Source: Clostridia bacterium (GTDB lineage: Bacteria > Bacillota > Clostridia > Oscillospirales > CAG-272). From it: DNA of 63,883 bases. The stretch's first letter is position 1, and every line of letters starts with the position of its first letter. The stretch is from the NCBI GenBank assembly GCA_017522795.1, contig JAFWXZ010000032.1, forward strand, positions 1 to 63,883, given 5' to 3'. Under the pieces are notes generated by a model. The model made no database searches. It saw only the letters and a program-made list of their open reading frames with translations, and was not told where the DNA came from. Positions 47,989-58,198 of this stretch are shown piece after piece. A program made the position numbers and the translations under genes.

Positions 47989-49299
47989 TTACATTTTCCT
48001 TTTAATTTTCGCCATAAAGAAGCCGTCCGTTCTATGTACGTGAGGCAGAAGTGTCAGCATACCGTTATCGCAGGAGATATCTCCTACGGTAAAGGGGACA
48101 AGGGTAAAATCGGGGTTGGCGGTGATAAAGGTTCTGACCACGTCCTCATTTTCCTCGGGGTTAAGGGTACAGGTGGAGTAAACCAGCTCGCCATCCTCCT
48201 TCAGATACCTTGCAGAAGCGGTAAGTATATCAAGCTGAACTGCAGGGAGAGATGATGCATTCGATATATCCTTATAGCGCAGGTCAGGCTTTTTGCCAAG
48301 GACACCGAGTCCTGAGCAGGGCGCGTCGCAGATAACCTTATCAGCCGTGCCGATAAGCTTTCTGTCGGGATCAATGGCATTTCTGCCAAGGGCGGTTATA
48401 CAGTCAAAGCCGAGACGGGATGCACCTGAGCTTACAAGCGAAAGCTTGCTCTCGTGAAGGTCGAAGGCGCGAATGTCGCACTTTCCGCCCGTAAGAATTG
48501 CCGCGCCGAAGCTCTTACCACCAGGGGCGGCACAAACGTCGATGATAAGGTCGTTTTCGCTGGGCGCAAGAACCTCGGAGCATACCGCAGACGCCCTGTC
48601 CTGAACGAAGAAATATCCCTCATCAAAGCCTGGAAGCCACTCGGGATTCACCGATATAGGAATACGCAGAGAATTTGGCGCGAGCGTATTGCTCTCCACG
48701 GGATAGCCGTCTGCCACAAGCATATCAGCGTATTCCAAAACCGATACTTTACTCGTGTTTACCGTAATATCGGTGTATTTTTCATTATTAAAGAAATCAA
48801 GTATTTGCTCGGTTGCCTCTCTGCCGAAAAGAGTGTCAAAATGCTTTACGGTTGCCAAGGGGAAGGAGTGCTTCACCGACAGATATCGGCGGTAATTCTT
48901 CTCCTCAGGAGGCATAGGCAGATCGTTCTTTCGCCTTGCGACAGCGCGAAGCACACCGTTGACGAATGAACGCTCACCGGGATTTTTTGACAAGCTGACG
49001 GTCTCGTTTACCGCCGCGTAGTCGGGTATAGATCTCATATCAATAAGCTGACAGAGACCAAGACGGAGGATATTCTTGGTATGGGTATCAATGCTGCTCT
49101 CCGAGCGCTCTGAAATGGCGCAGATATAGTAATCGTAGGTAAGCTTTCGCTCCACGGTGGTATATAAAAGCGCAGTCAAAGCCGCCTTATCCTCACGGGA
49201 CAAATTATCTGTCAGGTGAGAGGAAAGCGAGAGATTTACAAATTTGCCGCCCGCCTCGTATTCCTCAAGCAGACGAAGAGCTATTTGTCTTAGGTTCAT
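47989..49299 (-). CDS. rsmB: 16S rRNA m5C967 methyltransferase
   Basis: NusB-like N-terminus, DVCAAPGGK, DAPCSGLG, YSTCT. Confidence 0.95.
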   Translation of the reverse strand: MNLRQIALRLLEEYEAGGKFVNLSLSSHLTDNLSREDKAALTALLYTTVERKLTYDYYICAISERSESSIDTHTKNILRLGLCQLIDMRSIPDYAAVNETVSLSKNPGERSFVNGVLRAVARRKNDLPMPPEEKNYRRYLSVKHSFPLATVKHFDTLFGREATEQILDFFNNEKYTDITVNTSKVSVLEYADMLVADGYPVESNTLAPNSLRIPISVNPEWLPGFDEGYFFVQDRASAVCSEVLAPSENDLIIDVCAAPGGKSFGAAILTGGKCDIRAFDLHESKLSLVSSGASRLGFDCITALGRNAIDPDRKLIGTADKVICDAPCSGLGVLGKKPDLRYKDISNASSLPAVQLDILTASARYLKEDGELVYSTCTLNPEENEDVVRTFITANPDFTLVPFTVGDISCDNGMLTLLPHVHRTDGFFMAKIKRKM

Positions 49300-49457
49300 A
49301 GATATAACCACTCCTTTCGTTAGTGCGGTCGTTTGTCTTCGGTTTTCGGAAGAAAATTCGTTTCATCCTCTACGAAACGAAAGACACAAACGACGGTTTG
49401 AAAATTATATTTTCAAACATCCTACCTCCGTTTTTTAAAATTACTAAAGGTATCAGA

Positions 49458-50393
49458 TTACTCAAGAATATCGCCAAGAGCTATCTTTCTGCCGCGGACG
49501 AATGCGCCAGCACTCATTTTGCCCTTGCCCTCGGGAATAAGAAGGGTTATCTTCAGCGCCCCCTCGCCACAGGCTACGGTGACAAATCCGTCCCCCTTGT
49601 CGCTGAGGTCAATGACCTCGCCGGGTCTTCCCTTTCCCGATACCACCGTTGCTTTATTAATCTTCAGCATTTTGCCGTTAAGATAGGCAAACGCGCCGGG
49701 GATCGGAGTGACACCGCGAATGATGCAGTCGAGCCTTGCCGCAGGCAGAGTAAAGTCCACCTTGCAATCCTCCTTCTCCACCTTCTTCGCATAGCAGGCA
49801 AGAGAGTCGTCCTGCTTGATTCTGTCAGCTGTACCAAGATAAATTTTCTCAATAGTTTCGGAAAGAAGTTTGCCGCCCACCTCTGCCGAGCGATCGTGAA
49901 TAGCCTCAAAATCATCCTCGGGAAGTATGGGGAATTTCTCGACCGAGATAATATCTCCCGTGTCAAGTCCCTCTGCCATATACATTACTGTGACGCCCGT
50001 CTCCTGCTCTCCCTCCATAATAGCCCGCTGCATAGGTGCGGCGCCACGATACTTGGGAAGAAGGGATACGTGTAGATTTACACAGCCGTATTTTGGGTAT
50101 TCAATTACGTTAAGAGGCAGGATCTTGCCGTAAGCAACCACAACGATTATCTCGGGCTTATACGTATCAAGAAGAGCTGCAAACGCCTCGTCACGAAGGG
50201 TAGCGGGGGTGTGAACGGGAATACCGTGCTCCATCGCTAAAGTCTTTACCGGCGTGGGGGTCATAACGTTTCCTCTGCCGCGAGGCTTGTCCTCACGGGT
50301 GATTACAGCGCATATGCCGTGACCGTCCTCAATAAGACGGCTAAGACAGGTAGCCGATATTTCGGGCGTACCCATAAACATAATATTTTTCAT
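49458..50393 (-). CDS. fmt: Methionyl-tRNA formyltransferase
   Basis: FMGTP, VVAYGKILP, NLHVSLLPKYRGAAP. Confidence 0.97.
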   Translation of the reverse strand: MKNIMFMGTPEISATCLSRLIEDGHGICAVITREDKPRGRGNVMTPTPVKTLAMEHGIPVHTPATLRDEAFAALLDTYKPEIIVVVAYGKILPLNVIEYPKYGCVNLHVSLLPKYRGAAPMQRAIMEGEQETGVTVMYMAEGLDTGDIISVEKFPILPEDDFEAIHDRSAEVGGKLLSETIEKIYLGTADRIKQDDSLACYAKKVEKEDCKVDFTLPAARLDCIIRGVTPIPGAFAYLNGKMLKINKATVVSGKGRPGEVIDLSDKGDGFVTVACGEGALKITLLIPEGKGKMSAGAFVRGRKIALGDILE

Positions 50394-50408
50394 TAGATAA
50401 AATCCTTA

Positions 50409-50864
50409 CTAATCAGTCAGCTTTTTGATCTGAACGTCAATATAGAGCTTGCCGTCCAGGTGATCGCACTCGTGGCAGATGGCGCGGGCAAGCAGATCTG
50501 TACCGCTGAGCTCAAACTCCTCGCCGTGACGGTCTGTCGCTCTTACAGTGACAGCCTTCGGGCGCTTGGTGATGCCGTACTCACCTGGGTTGGAGAGGCA
50601 TCCCTCCTGCTCGTTCTGCTCACCCGAGAAGGCGATGATCTTGGGGTTGATAAGCTCGATTACGTTGCCATCCTCGACCTCAATAACGACTATACGGCGA
50701 AGAACGCCGACCTGCACGGCTGCAAGTCCGCATCCGCCTGCCTCACGCATAGTCTCAACCATATCGTCAAGCAGTGTGAGTATTCTGGGGGTGATCTCCG
50801 TCACGGGTCTTGAAACCTTGCGAAGCATAGGATCGCCAAATTTTACTATCTTTAATTTTGCCAT
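50409..50864 (-). CDS. def: Peptide deformylase
   Basis: GCGLAAVQVG, EGCLS, HECDHLDG. Confidence 0.97.
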   Translation of the reverse strand: MAKLKIVKFGDPMLRKVSRPVTEITPRILTLLDDMVETMREAGGCGLAAVQVGVLRRIVVIEVEDGNVIELINPKIIAFSGEQNEQEGCLSNPGEYGITKRPKAVTVRATDRHGEEFELSGTDLLARAICHECDHLDGKLYIDVQIKKLTD

Positions 50865-50873
50865 ATTTTCTCC

Positions 50874-53123
50874 TTAAACGGTCATAGGGTTCATATCCAC
50901 TGCAAGAGTCACCTTACGGGAGGTGGAGAACTCGCAGAGCAGCTCGTGGAAAAGTCCGCGTGACTGCTTATTTAGCTTACATTTTACGACCATTCTCATT
51001 CTGTATTTTTCATTTATTTTATAAACCTGTGCCTCAAAAGGACCGAATACGATAAAGGGCAGCTTGCCAAGCTCTCCGCTAAGCTTACTAAGAAGCGTAT
51101 CGGACAGATGCTTTGACTCGCGAAGCAGCTCCTCCTCATCCTCCGAGGTCAAGGTAAGATTTACTATATCACAGAAGGGCGGGTATGAAAGCTCGCGACG
51201 GAGCGCGATCTCGCCCTCATAAAACTTCTCATAATCCTGAAGACAGGCAAGCCTGATAACCTCATTCTTCGGCGCGTAGGTCTGGATAACGGCGATGCCT
51301 CCGTCGGTGGCTCTGCCCGCTCTGCCGATCACCTGCGTAAGAAGCGAAAAGGTCTTTTCCGCCGCGCGAAAATCGCTGACGTAAAGGGAGGTATCCGCAA
51401 GAGCAACGCCGACTAGAGTCACCCTCGGGAAATCGTGTCCCTTTGCAACCATCTGGGTACCGAGAAGTATATCGTGGCGTCCCTCTCGGAAGTCCTCAAG
51501 CATTCTGTCATAGGACATTTTCGTGCCCGTGATGTCTGCATCCATACGGAGAACAGACATATCGGGAATGTATTTGTTAAGCTCTGCCTCCAGCTTCTGC
51601 GTGCCGTAGCCCAGGAAGGATAGCTTGTCCGCCAAGCAGGATGGACATACCTTCGGCACTCGCTCGCTGTATCCGCACATATGGCAAAGCAGCTTACCGC
51701 CGTCCTTGCCGTTGTGATAGGTAAGCGACACCGAGCATCTGGGACAGGAAAGCACCTCTCCGCACTCCTTACAGCTTATCTGCGTGGAATAGCCACGACG
51801 GTTGAGGAAGAGGATCGCCTGATTTTCATTCTCGTAAACCGAGTTCAGCGACTTCAGCAGTCGGTCGCTTATGGGAGAGGTATTACCGAGGCGAAGCTCC
51901 TCACGCATATCAACGATGATCGCATCGGGAAGCCTTACACCGCCGTATCTCTCACGCAGAGGAACGAGGGTATAAACACCCGTTTTTGCCTTATAAAAGC
52001 TCTCAAGTGAGGGGGTTGCCGAGGCGAGAAGCATCAATGCCTTATTCTTGCCGCAACGATATGCGGCTATATCACGGGCGTGGTACTTAGGATCCGACTC
52101 GGACTTATAGGTATGCTCGTGCTCCTCGTCAATAACTATCATACCGATATTGTCAAGGGGAGCAAATATTGCCGAACGGGTGCCTATTACAAGGTCCACC
52201 TCGCCCCGCTTGATTCTGCGCCAGGCGTCAAAGCGCTCGCCCTGAGAGAGAGAGGAATGTATTACCGCAACCCGCTCGCCGTATCTGCGGCAAAAGATGT
52301 TGACTGTCTGTGGTGTCAGCGCGATTTCGGGTACTAGCATTATTACCCGTCTGCCCTCTGATAGCGTCTTGTCAATGGCTTTCATTATGACCTTTGTCTT
52401 GCCGCTGCCCGTTACTCCAAAGAGCAGCGCCGCACGAGCCTCATCGGAAAGCAGCTCCGACTCGATAGTATCGTATGCGGTCTGTTGGGCGGAACTCAGG
52501 ACTATCTCGGAGTTGTCCTTTATCCTGGCATATTCAGCATAAGGATTACGGATGCTCTCCGACTGAATTATTTTGATTATGCCCTTGTCCGCAAGGGCGG
52601 AAATGTTTGCGTAGGACACGCCGGGGGTGGCTCTGATAAGCTCAATATCAGCGATACCTATGCTCTTGAGATACTCGACAACAAGCCTCTGTCCCTCACT
52701 GCGAAGCCCTGCCCTGCCCTTTGCCGCAAGGAGAGCGTCAGCTTCCTCGGGTGAGAGTGTCAGCACGCAGGTCTTTTTCACCTTGACGCTAGGGATATCC
52801 GAAAGCGCCGCAGGAGGTATAACCGACCGTGCCGCCTCGCCAAAGCTGCAGAGAGTGTGCCCTTTCATAAACAGACAGAGTCCAAGCATCTCTTCACTCA
52901 ATGAATAACGGGTGTCAAGCCGTGAGTGAACCGACTTGATTCTCTCCCCTTCACAGGCATCCTTTACCCGAGTGACGACCGCAAGGCGCAGAGAGTTAGC
53001 TCTGCCAAAGGGAACCTTTACGATATCGCCCGCGCGAATATCGTCCTCGCATAAATAGTCAAAGGGGCGGTCTATATGATATGGAGCATCAAAAAGATAT
53101 ACTTCACAATACATACAGTCCAC
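50874..53123 (-). CDS. priA: Primosomal protein N'
   Basis: [20 protein letters not shown], zinc fingers, QVIGRAGR. Confidence 0.97.
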   Translation of the reverse strand: MDCMYCEVYLFDAPYHIDRPFDYLCEDDIRAGDIVKVPFGRANSLRLAVVTRVKDACEGERIKSVHSRLDTRYSLSEEMLGLCLFMKGHTLCSFGEAARSVIPPAALSDIPSVKVKKTCVLTLSPEEADALLAAKGRAGLRSEGQRLVVEYLKSIGIADIELIRATPGVSYANISALADKGIIKIIQSESIRNPYAEYARIKDNSEIVLSSAQQTAYDTIESELLSDEARAALLFGVTGSGKTKVIMKAIDKTLSEGRRVIMLVPEIALTPQTVNIFCRRYGERVAVIHSSLSQGERFDAWRRIKRGEVDLVIGTRSAIFAPLDNIGMIVIDEEHEHTYKSESDPKYHARDIAAYRCGKNKALMLLASATPSLESFYKAKTGVYTLVPLRERYGGVRLPDAIIVDMREELRLGNTSPISDRLLKSLNSVYENENQAILFLNRRGYSTQISCKECGEVLSCPRCSVSLTYHNGKDGGKLLCHMCGYSERVPKVCPSCLADKLSFLGYGTQKLEAELNKYIPDMSVLRMDADITGTKMSYDRMLEDFREGRHDILLGTQMVAKGHDFPRVTLVGVALADTSLYVSDFRAAEKTFSLLTQVIGRAGRATDGGIAVIQTYAPKNEVIRLACLQDYEKFYEGEIALRRELSYPPFCDIVNLTLTSEDEEELLRESKHLSDTLLSKLSGELGKLPFIVFGPFEAQVYKINEKYRMRMVVKCKLNKQSRGLFHELLCEFSTSRKVTLAVDMNPMTV

Positions 53124-53249
53124 CTCTTTTCCCTTTTTGTTTGGTTTTTAATTAAGATATGTGTTTTTTGAGATAAAATTGTCGCTTGTGACCGATGGCG
53201 CAGATATCTGCGGCGAGAGTTCAGCAACGGCAATTATAGTCAAAAAACA

Positions 53250-53513
53250 TTAGTTTTCAGGATGTCTAAGCTTAAAGCGACCTGTCTCAAGCTTTGCAAT
53301 GGCGATCTTAACCGCCTTTTTGTCCTTATATTCAGGATCGATAAGAGCCGCAAGGGGCTTCTCGGTCTCGTGGTTGTCGATCATCTTCTGCGCCTTTGCT
53401 CTCATCTCAATATACTCGTCGGTGACGATGCGAGCGCACTTTGCCACGCCGATAACAAGCTCGTAGCGGTTGAACTCGTCATTTGTAAGCTGTTTCACTG
53501 TAGGATAAATCAT
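53250..53513 (-). CDS. rpoZ: RNA polymerase omega subunit
   Basis: MIYP..NRYELVIGVAKCAR..KAVKIAI; position upstream of priA. Confidence 0.85.
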   Translation of the reverse strand: MIYPTVKQLTNDEFNRYELVIGVAKCARIVTDEYIEMRAKAQKMIDNHETEKPLAALIDPEYKDKKAVKIAIAKLETGRFKLRHPEN

Positions 53514-53570
53514 TTTTATTCTCCATTCTGCCTCTTGGGCCTCATAAATTAACTGTTTTTTTGAGGAAAA

Positions 53571-53837
53571 CTATTCCTCTTCCTCCTCACCGTCGTCAAC
53601 GGTATCATCGGAAAGACGGTTTGTAATAGTCTCTGTCTGTATTGCAGAGAGAATAACGTGCTCGGAGTCGGTGATGATAACCGATCTTGTACGTCTGCCG
53701 CAGGAAACGTCAATAACTCTGCCATCCTCCTTTGCATCGCGAACAAGCCTCTTGATAGGCTCGGAGTCGGGAGATGCAATAGCGACGATACGACCCGCGG
53801 AAACCATATTGCCAAATCCTATGTTGATGAATTTCAT
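53571..53837 (-). CDS. remA: RemA/DUF370 regulator
   Basis: [38 protein letters not shown]. Confidence 0.93.
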   Translation of the reverse strand: MKFINIGFGNMVSAGRIVAIASPDSEPIKRLVRDAKEDGRVIDVSCGRRTRSVIITDSEHVILSAIQTETITNRLSDDTVDDGEEEEE

Positions 53838-53849
53838 AACCGACCTCTC

Positions 53850-54737
53850 TTATTCAACGTTCTGAATTTGTTCTCTAATATTTTCCAATTCGCCCTTCAT
53901 ATTTACAACTATGCGGGCTATTTTTGCATTATTTGCCTTTGAGCCTATGGTATTGGTCTCGCGGTTAAGCTCCTGCATAAGAAAGTCGAGCTTTCTACCC
54001 GAGGGCTCGTTTGCAGCACAGATATCATAGAATGCGCCGAAGTGAGATCTGAGCCTTACAAGCTCCTCGTCAATGGCGATCTTATCTGCCCAGATAGCGC
54101 ACTCGGTAAGTAGGCGGTTCTCGTCGGGAGTGATCTTGGCATCCTCAAGGAAGCTTCTGATCTTTGCCTCCAGCTTATCGCGATAACCTACGGTGTCCTC
54201 AAGCGAGATCTTCTCAACCTCGTCGGCATAGGAGCGGACGAGCTCGATCTTAGCCTTGATGTCGGTCTCTGCCTTAGCGCCCTCACGCTCGCGCATTTCA
54301 TTATATCCTGCGATCGCCTCGTCAAGCACCGAGCGGAACAACTCCCACTCTGCCTCAAGATCCTCCTCAGGCTTATCATAGGTGAATATCTCCTGATTTC
54401 TGGCAACCGTCATAACGCTGATATCATCGCGAAGACCGAACTCCTCGGAAAGACGGCGCAGAGCCGAAAGATAGCTCTCAAGATATGCCGTGTCAAGACC
54501 TACGTTGCCAACGCCTGAGGTATGATTGTCAACGGTGACGAAGACGTCAACCTTTGCTCTGGCAACCGCTGTCTTACGGATATGCTCCTTTATACGCTCC
54601 TCAAGGAAAACGTATGCTCTCGGAAGCTTTACGTTGCAGTCAAAGAAGCGGGAGTTTACACTCTTTATTTCAATGGTAATATCCTTGGCTTCGCCCTGGC
54701 GCTTTGCTCTGCCAAAGGCAGTCATACTTTTAATCAT
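53850..54737 (-). CDS. yicC: YicC/YloC family endoribonuclease
   Basis: MIKSMTAFGR, EIKSVNSRF, EELVRLRSH, GRKLDFLMQELNRETNTIGSK, REQIQNVE. Confidence 0.93.
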   Translation of the reverse strand: MIKSMTAFGRAKRQGEAKDITIEIKSVNSRFFDCNVKLPRAYVFLEERIKEHIRKTAVARAKVDVFVTVDNHTSGVGNVGLDTAYLESYLSALRRLSEEFGLRDDISVMTVARNQEIFTYDKPEEDLEAEWELFRSVLDEAIAGYNEMREREGAKAETDIKAKIELVRSYADEVEKISLEDTVGYRDKLEAKIRSFLEDAKITPDENRLLTECAIWADKIAIDEELVRLRSHFGAFYDICAANEPSGRKLDFLMQELNRETNTIGSKANNAKIARIVVNMKGELENIREQIQNVE

Positions 54738-55216
54738 TACTTTTCCTCCCGGTTTGTAGGAAGCTTTTTCTTAGGCTTTTTTGAAAGAGCCTTCAGCTCA
54801 GCAGTAAAGGAATCTATGTCCTTGAAATCTCTGTATATAGAAGCGAAGCGAATGTATGCGACGATGTCACACTCCTTTAATCTGGTGAGAACCATCTCGC
54901 CGATATCGGTAGAGGTGATCTCGGTGATAATAGCATTCATAAGCTCCTGCTCTATGGAGAGAGCAATTGCGTCGGCATCCACCGCGCGCTTCTGGCAAGC
55001 GATCTTAATACCGCGGGCAAGCTTATGCTTATCAAAGAACTCACGTCTGCCGTCACGCTTGATAACCGCGATCGGAACGGTATCAACAACCTCGTAGGTG
55101 TTAAACCTCTTACCGCAGGAGATGCACTCGCGTCTACGCTTTATACTGGTGCCTTCCTGGGTAGGTCTGGAGTCAAGCACTCTGGAGTCGGGATAGCTAC
55201 ATAAGGGACATTTCAT
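54737..55216 (-). CDS. nrdR: Transcriptional repressor NrdR
   Basis: MKCPLC..VLDSR..IKRRRECISC, ATP cone, AYIRFASIYRDF. Confidence 0.96.
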   Translation of the reverse strand: MKCPLCSYPDSRVLDSRPTQEGTSIKRRRECISCGKRFNTYEVVDTVPIAVIKRDGRREFFDKHKLARGIKIACQKRAVDADAIALSIEQELMNAIITEITSTDIGEMVLTRLKECDIVAYIRFASIYRDFKDIDSFTAELKALSKKPKKKLPTNREEK

Positions 55217-55360
55217 CTGTTCTTCGCCTTTCTAAGCAAAATACATACTTTTAAAAAATAAAACATATTTAATCAGTATATTATAACATAAATATCTAAA
55301 AAAGTAAAGTATTTTTATAAAAAAAGGCTCGGCGGTATGCCGAGCCTGAGTATGTTACTG

Positions 55361-56371
55361 TTATTTTGCCTTTTTGAGAGAGGCAAGCTTGCCTGCTACC
55401 CAAGCGGAGAATTTCTCCATAAAGCCGATGCGAAGCTTTGCAAACCACTTGAAGGTAAGAGGCCATACGCTGCCCGCAAAAAGAACGATAAGGAAATAGC
55501 GAACCGCGCGTGCCACCATCTCATTTCCAAAGAGAGCGGTAAGAGGTGAACTAAGTCCTGCCTTAATGGCAAGAACTCCAAGGAGTCCGAGAACAAGCTT
55601 AATTATCTGCGCGTACCAACGGCCCTTCGTCTCAAATTTAATAACAGTGCGGTCGAGTATGTATACGGGAATAAGACCGAGGGTGCATCCGAAGAGGGTG
55701 CAGACGTTTTTAAGTCCGCTGTTATAGTTGTGAGGATCAAGAGTAGTGTCAGCCGAGATTGCGAGAACATAGCCGAGGAATCCAAGAGAAAGAAGCACGG
55801 ATACGCCAACGATCCAGGGCATAAACCTATTCATTCTCTCATCGGTCTTGAACATGGGGCGAACAAGAAGAATAAGTGCCAGAGCTACGAGCAGAGAAAC
55901 TACTACGTCAAGGGGTGTATGAACACCAAGATACATTCTGGAAAAAGCGACCAGAGCGATAACGGTGACGCAGATGGCGGTTTTCCACTTTTTAGGCTCA
56001 AAAGCACAGATCGAACCAAAGGTTCCTGCAATATTCTGCGTGTGTCCTGAGGGGAAGGAATAGCCTGTAGCCTCTTCGACAGCAGAATCAACAACATCAA
56101 ATTCAGGATCGATTATCCAAGGACGAGGCACGCGGAAGAAGAGCTTTGCGATCTGGTTGACAACGGTACCTGCAAGTCCTGTAATAAGAACGAAGTAGCC
56201 TTCCCTCTTATTGATACACCAGAAAACAACAATAGCAACAACAAGAAAATATGTTTCCTCGCCAAGATGAGTGATGGTTGAGAAGAACCAATCAAACACA
56301 GGATTTCTTATACTTTCAAGAAAATGGAGAAATGGCATACAAGCCACAGCAAGATTTTCCATAAAAGCCAT
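55361..56371 (-). CDS. PAP2-family membrane phosphatase
   Basis: K..FRVPRP, YSFPSGH, SRMYLGVH. Confidence 0.9.
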   Translation of the reverse strand: MAFMENLAVACMPFLHFLESIRNPVFDWFFSTITHLGEETYFLVVAIVVFWCINKREGYFVLITGLAGTVVNQIAKLFFRVPRPWIIDPEFDVVDSAVEEATGYSFPSGHTQNIAGTFGSICAFEPKKWKTAICVTVIALVAFSRMYLGVHTPLDVVVSLLVALALILLVRPMFKTDERMNRFMPWIVGVSVLLSLGFLGYVLAISADTTLDPHNYNSGLKNVCTLFGCTLGLIPVYILDRTVIKFETKGRWYAQIIKLVLGLLGVLAIKAGLSSPLTALFGNEMVARAVRYFLIVLFAGSVWPLTFKWFAKLRIGFMEKFSAWVAGKLASLKKAK

Positions 56372-56398
56372 ATTTAAACCTCCCGTCTATAATAAGAC

Positions 56399-57208
56399 TT
56401 AATTTTTAAACAAATAAAGATATATTCCGATCCACTGAACCACTGCGCCCGCAAGCACGAAGAAATGCCAGATAAAATGACTGACGCGATTGCGGATCAG
56501 GAACGGTATAATACCAAGAGTATAAAGTATTCCGCCGCCAAGAATCCAAAGGGCGAGCGAAACGTTAGAAGCAAACATCTCGGGAAGAAGCATCAGCGCG
56601 CTCCAACCGAGCAAAACGTATATGGGAATATGCAAGAAGCTAAGCTTTGATGGTCCAAAAACACCGACAAGGCTTATTCCGGCGGCAATAACAGCCCATT
56701 GAACAGCAAAGAAAATAAAGCCAAAGAGATTGCCGAAGAAGCATAGAAGAACCGGAGCAAAGGTAGCACCGATCAGAAGATAGATCGAGCAATAATCGAA
56801 TCGATGGAAGAGCCTTTTTACAGCACTGCCGTGAGCAAATGCGTGATAAAGGCAGCTTGAAATAAAGAGGATAAACAGTCCTACAAAATATATTGCCGCG
56901 GAAACGTACTCAAGAGACGTGTCAGCCTCAACAAGCATCAATCCAAAGGCGATAATCGCAAACACAGCTCCAAGACCGTGAGTAATAGAATTTCCTATTT
57001 CCTCAAGGATGGGACGCTTCGGTGGGTTTACAGGCTGCTTCTTCCCTACTGCAGCATAATACTCTGACAGGGCAAGGTCGTATTCGCGCTCGGCAAGATC
57101 AAGCTCCTCGTGATATTTTTCTTCGGCTGCGGTAAGCAGCTTCCTATACTTCAACCTTGCATCTTTTTTGATTTTTTTGAAATTACTTTTTATTTCTTTT
57201 TTCGTCAT
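56399..57208 (-). CDS. Hemolysin III / PAQR family membrane protein
   Basis: EEIGNSITHG, SCLYH, DYCSIYLLIGAT, HFIWHFFVLAG. Confidence 0.9.
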   Translation of the reverse strand: MTKKEIKSNFKKIKKDARLKYRKLLTAAEEKYHEELDLAEREYDLALSEYYAAVGKKQPVNPPKRPILEEIGNSITHGLGAVFAIIAFGLMLVEADTSLEYVSAAIYFVGLFILFISSCLYHAFAHGSAVKRLFHRFDYCSIYLLIGATFAPVLLCFFGNLFGFIFFAVQWAVIAAGISLVGVFGPSKLSFLHIPIYVLLGWSALMLLPEMFASNVSLALWILGGGILYTLGIIPFLIRNRVSHFIWHFFVLAGAVVQWIGIYLYLFKN

Positions 57209-57349
57209 TTTTCGATAAAAAGTGCAAATATGTTAACAAGACTTGACTTATTTAGACAAAATTCGGCGCAAAACTTCATTTAAAATATCAAGTGATGCGC
57301 CGAAAATGTGATGAAAAGATTATTATTTTATCTTGAAATATTAGAGTAA

Positions 57350-57991
57350 TTACGCCTCAAGAAGGCCTCTTACGCACTCTGCTATTCTCTCATCCTTGCA
57401 ATTAGCAAAGAAGTATTCCTTAAACCTTTTGCCCGATAGTGCTCCCACGGTAAGATCGCGGTCAAGATGCTCGAGAATATAAACAAGGTCATTGTGAGTA
57501 ACCTTCTTTACCTCGTCAAGAATTCTCTTATTTCTCTGCTCGGGAATGGCTCTCTCACGAGGATAACCAAGTCCCCACTCAGAAACGAAGAGCTTCTCAA
57601 ATACATACTGAAGATTTAGCTCGCAGCCCCAGCCCCAGCCCTTTGCAAAGGGCATAGAGATCGCGTTGCCGTTATTTACCTGGGTGAACTGATATGCGTC
57701 TGTGGGGTCTACAACGTGGCCACAGAGCACACCGGGAAATGCATTGCAAGCAAGCATAGCGCCCTCGCCTGTGCCGCAACCTGTAATTACAAGATCGCAA
57801 GCACCCGAGTTGAGGAGTACAGCAGACAGAATGCCGATCTGCACATAGGTAAGCTGCTCCTTATCCTCGGCAGAATACATACCATGATTAAAAACCTCGT
57901 GACCGAGAGGCTCAACTACAGAGCGAAGAGTAGACTCAATCAAGGCGTTCTTAGCCGCCTGGCTGTTCTCATTTATAAGAGCTATTTTCAT
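57350..57991 (-). CDS. RpiB/LacA/LacB family sugar-phosphate isomerase (long form)
   Basis: MKIALINENSQAAKN, TGCGTGEGAMLACN, NNGNAIS, GWGWG. Confidence 0.9.
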   Translation of the reverse strand: MKIALINENSQAAKNALIESTLRSVVEPLGHEVFNHGMYSAEDKEQLTYVQIGILSAVLLNSGACDLVITGCGTGEGAMLACNAFPGVLCGHVVDPTDAYQFTQVNNGNAISMPFAKGWGWGCELNLQYVFEKLFVSEWGLGYPRERAIPEQRNKRILDEVKKVTHNDLVYILEHLDRDLTVGALSGKRFKEYFFANCKDERIAECVRGLLEA

Positions 57992-58198
57992 TGGAAATCT
58001 CCTAAAAGTTTGTAAATAATGAAGGCGTAGATTACTACGGCGATTTAAGTGCGTCGCCCGACAACAAGAATCATATGAAATTATGGTGTTCCGACAAACT
58101 TAATTTTGCGTCAGACGAGGCACACCGAGAAGCGCAGGCGACGGTGCAGTTACCTACTCCGAGCCGAGCATCACAGGTGAACAAAAGATTACACAAAA

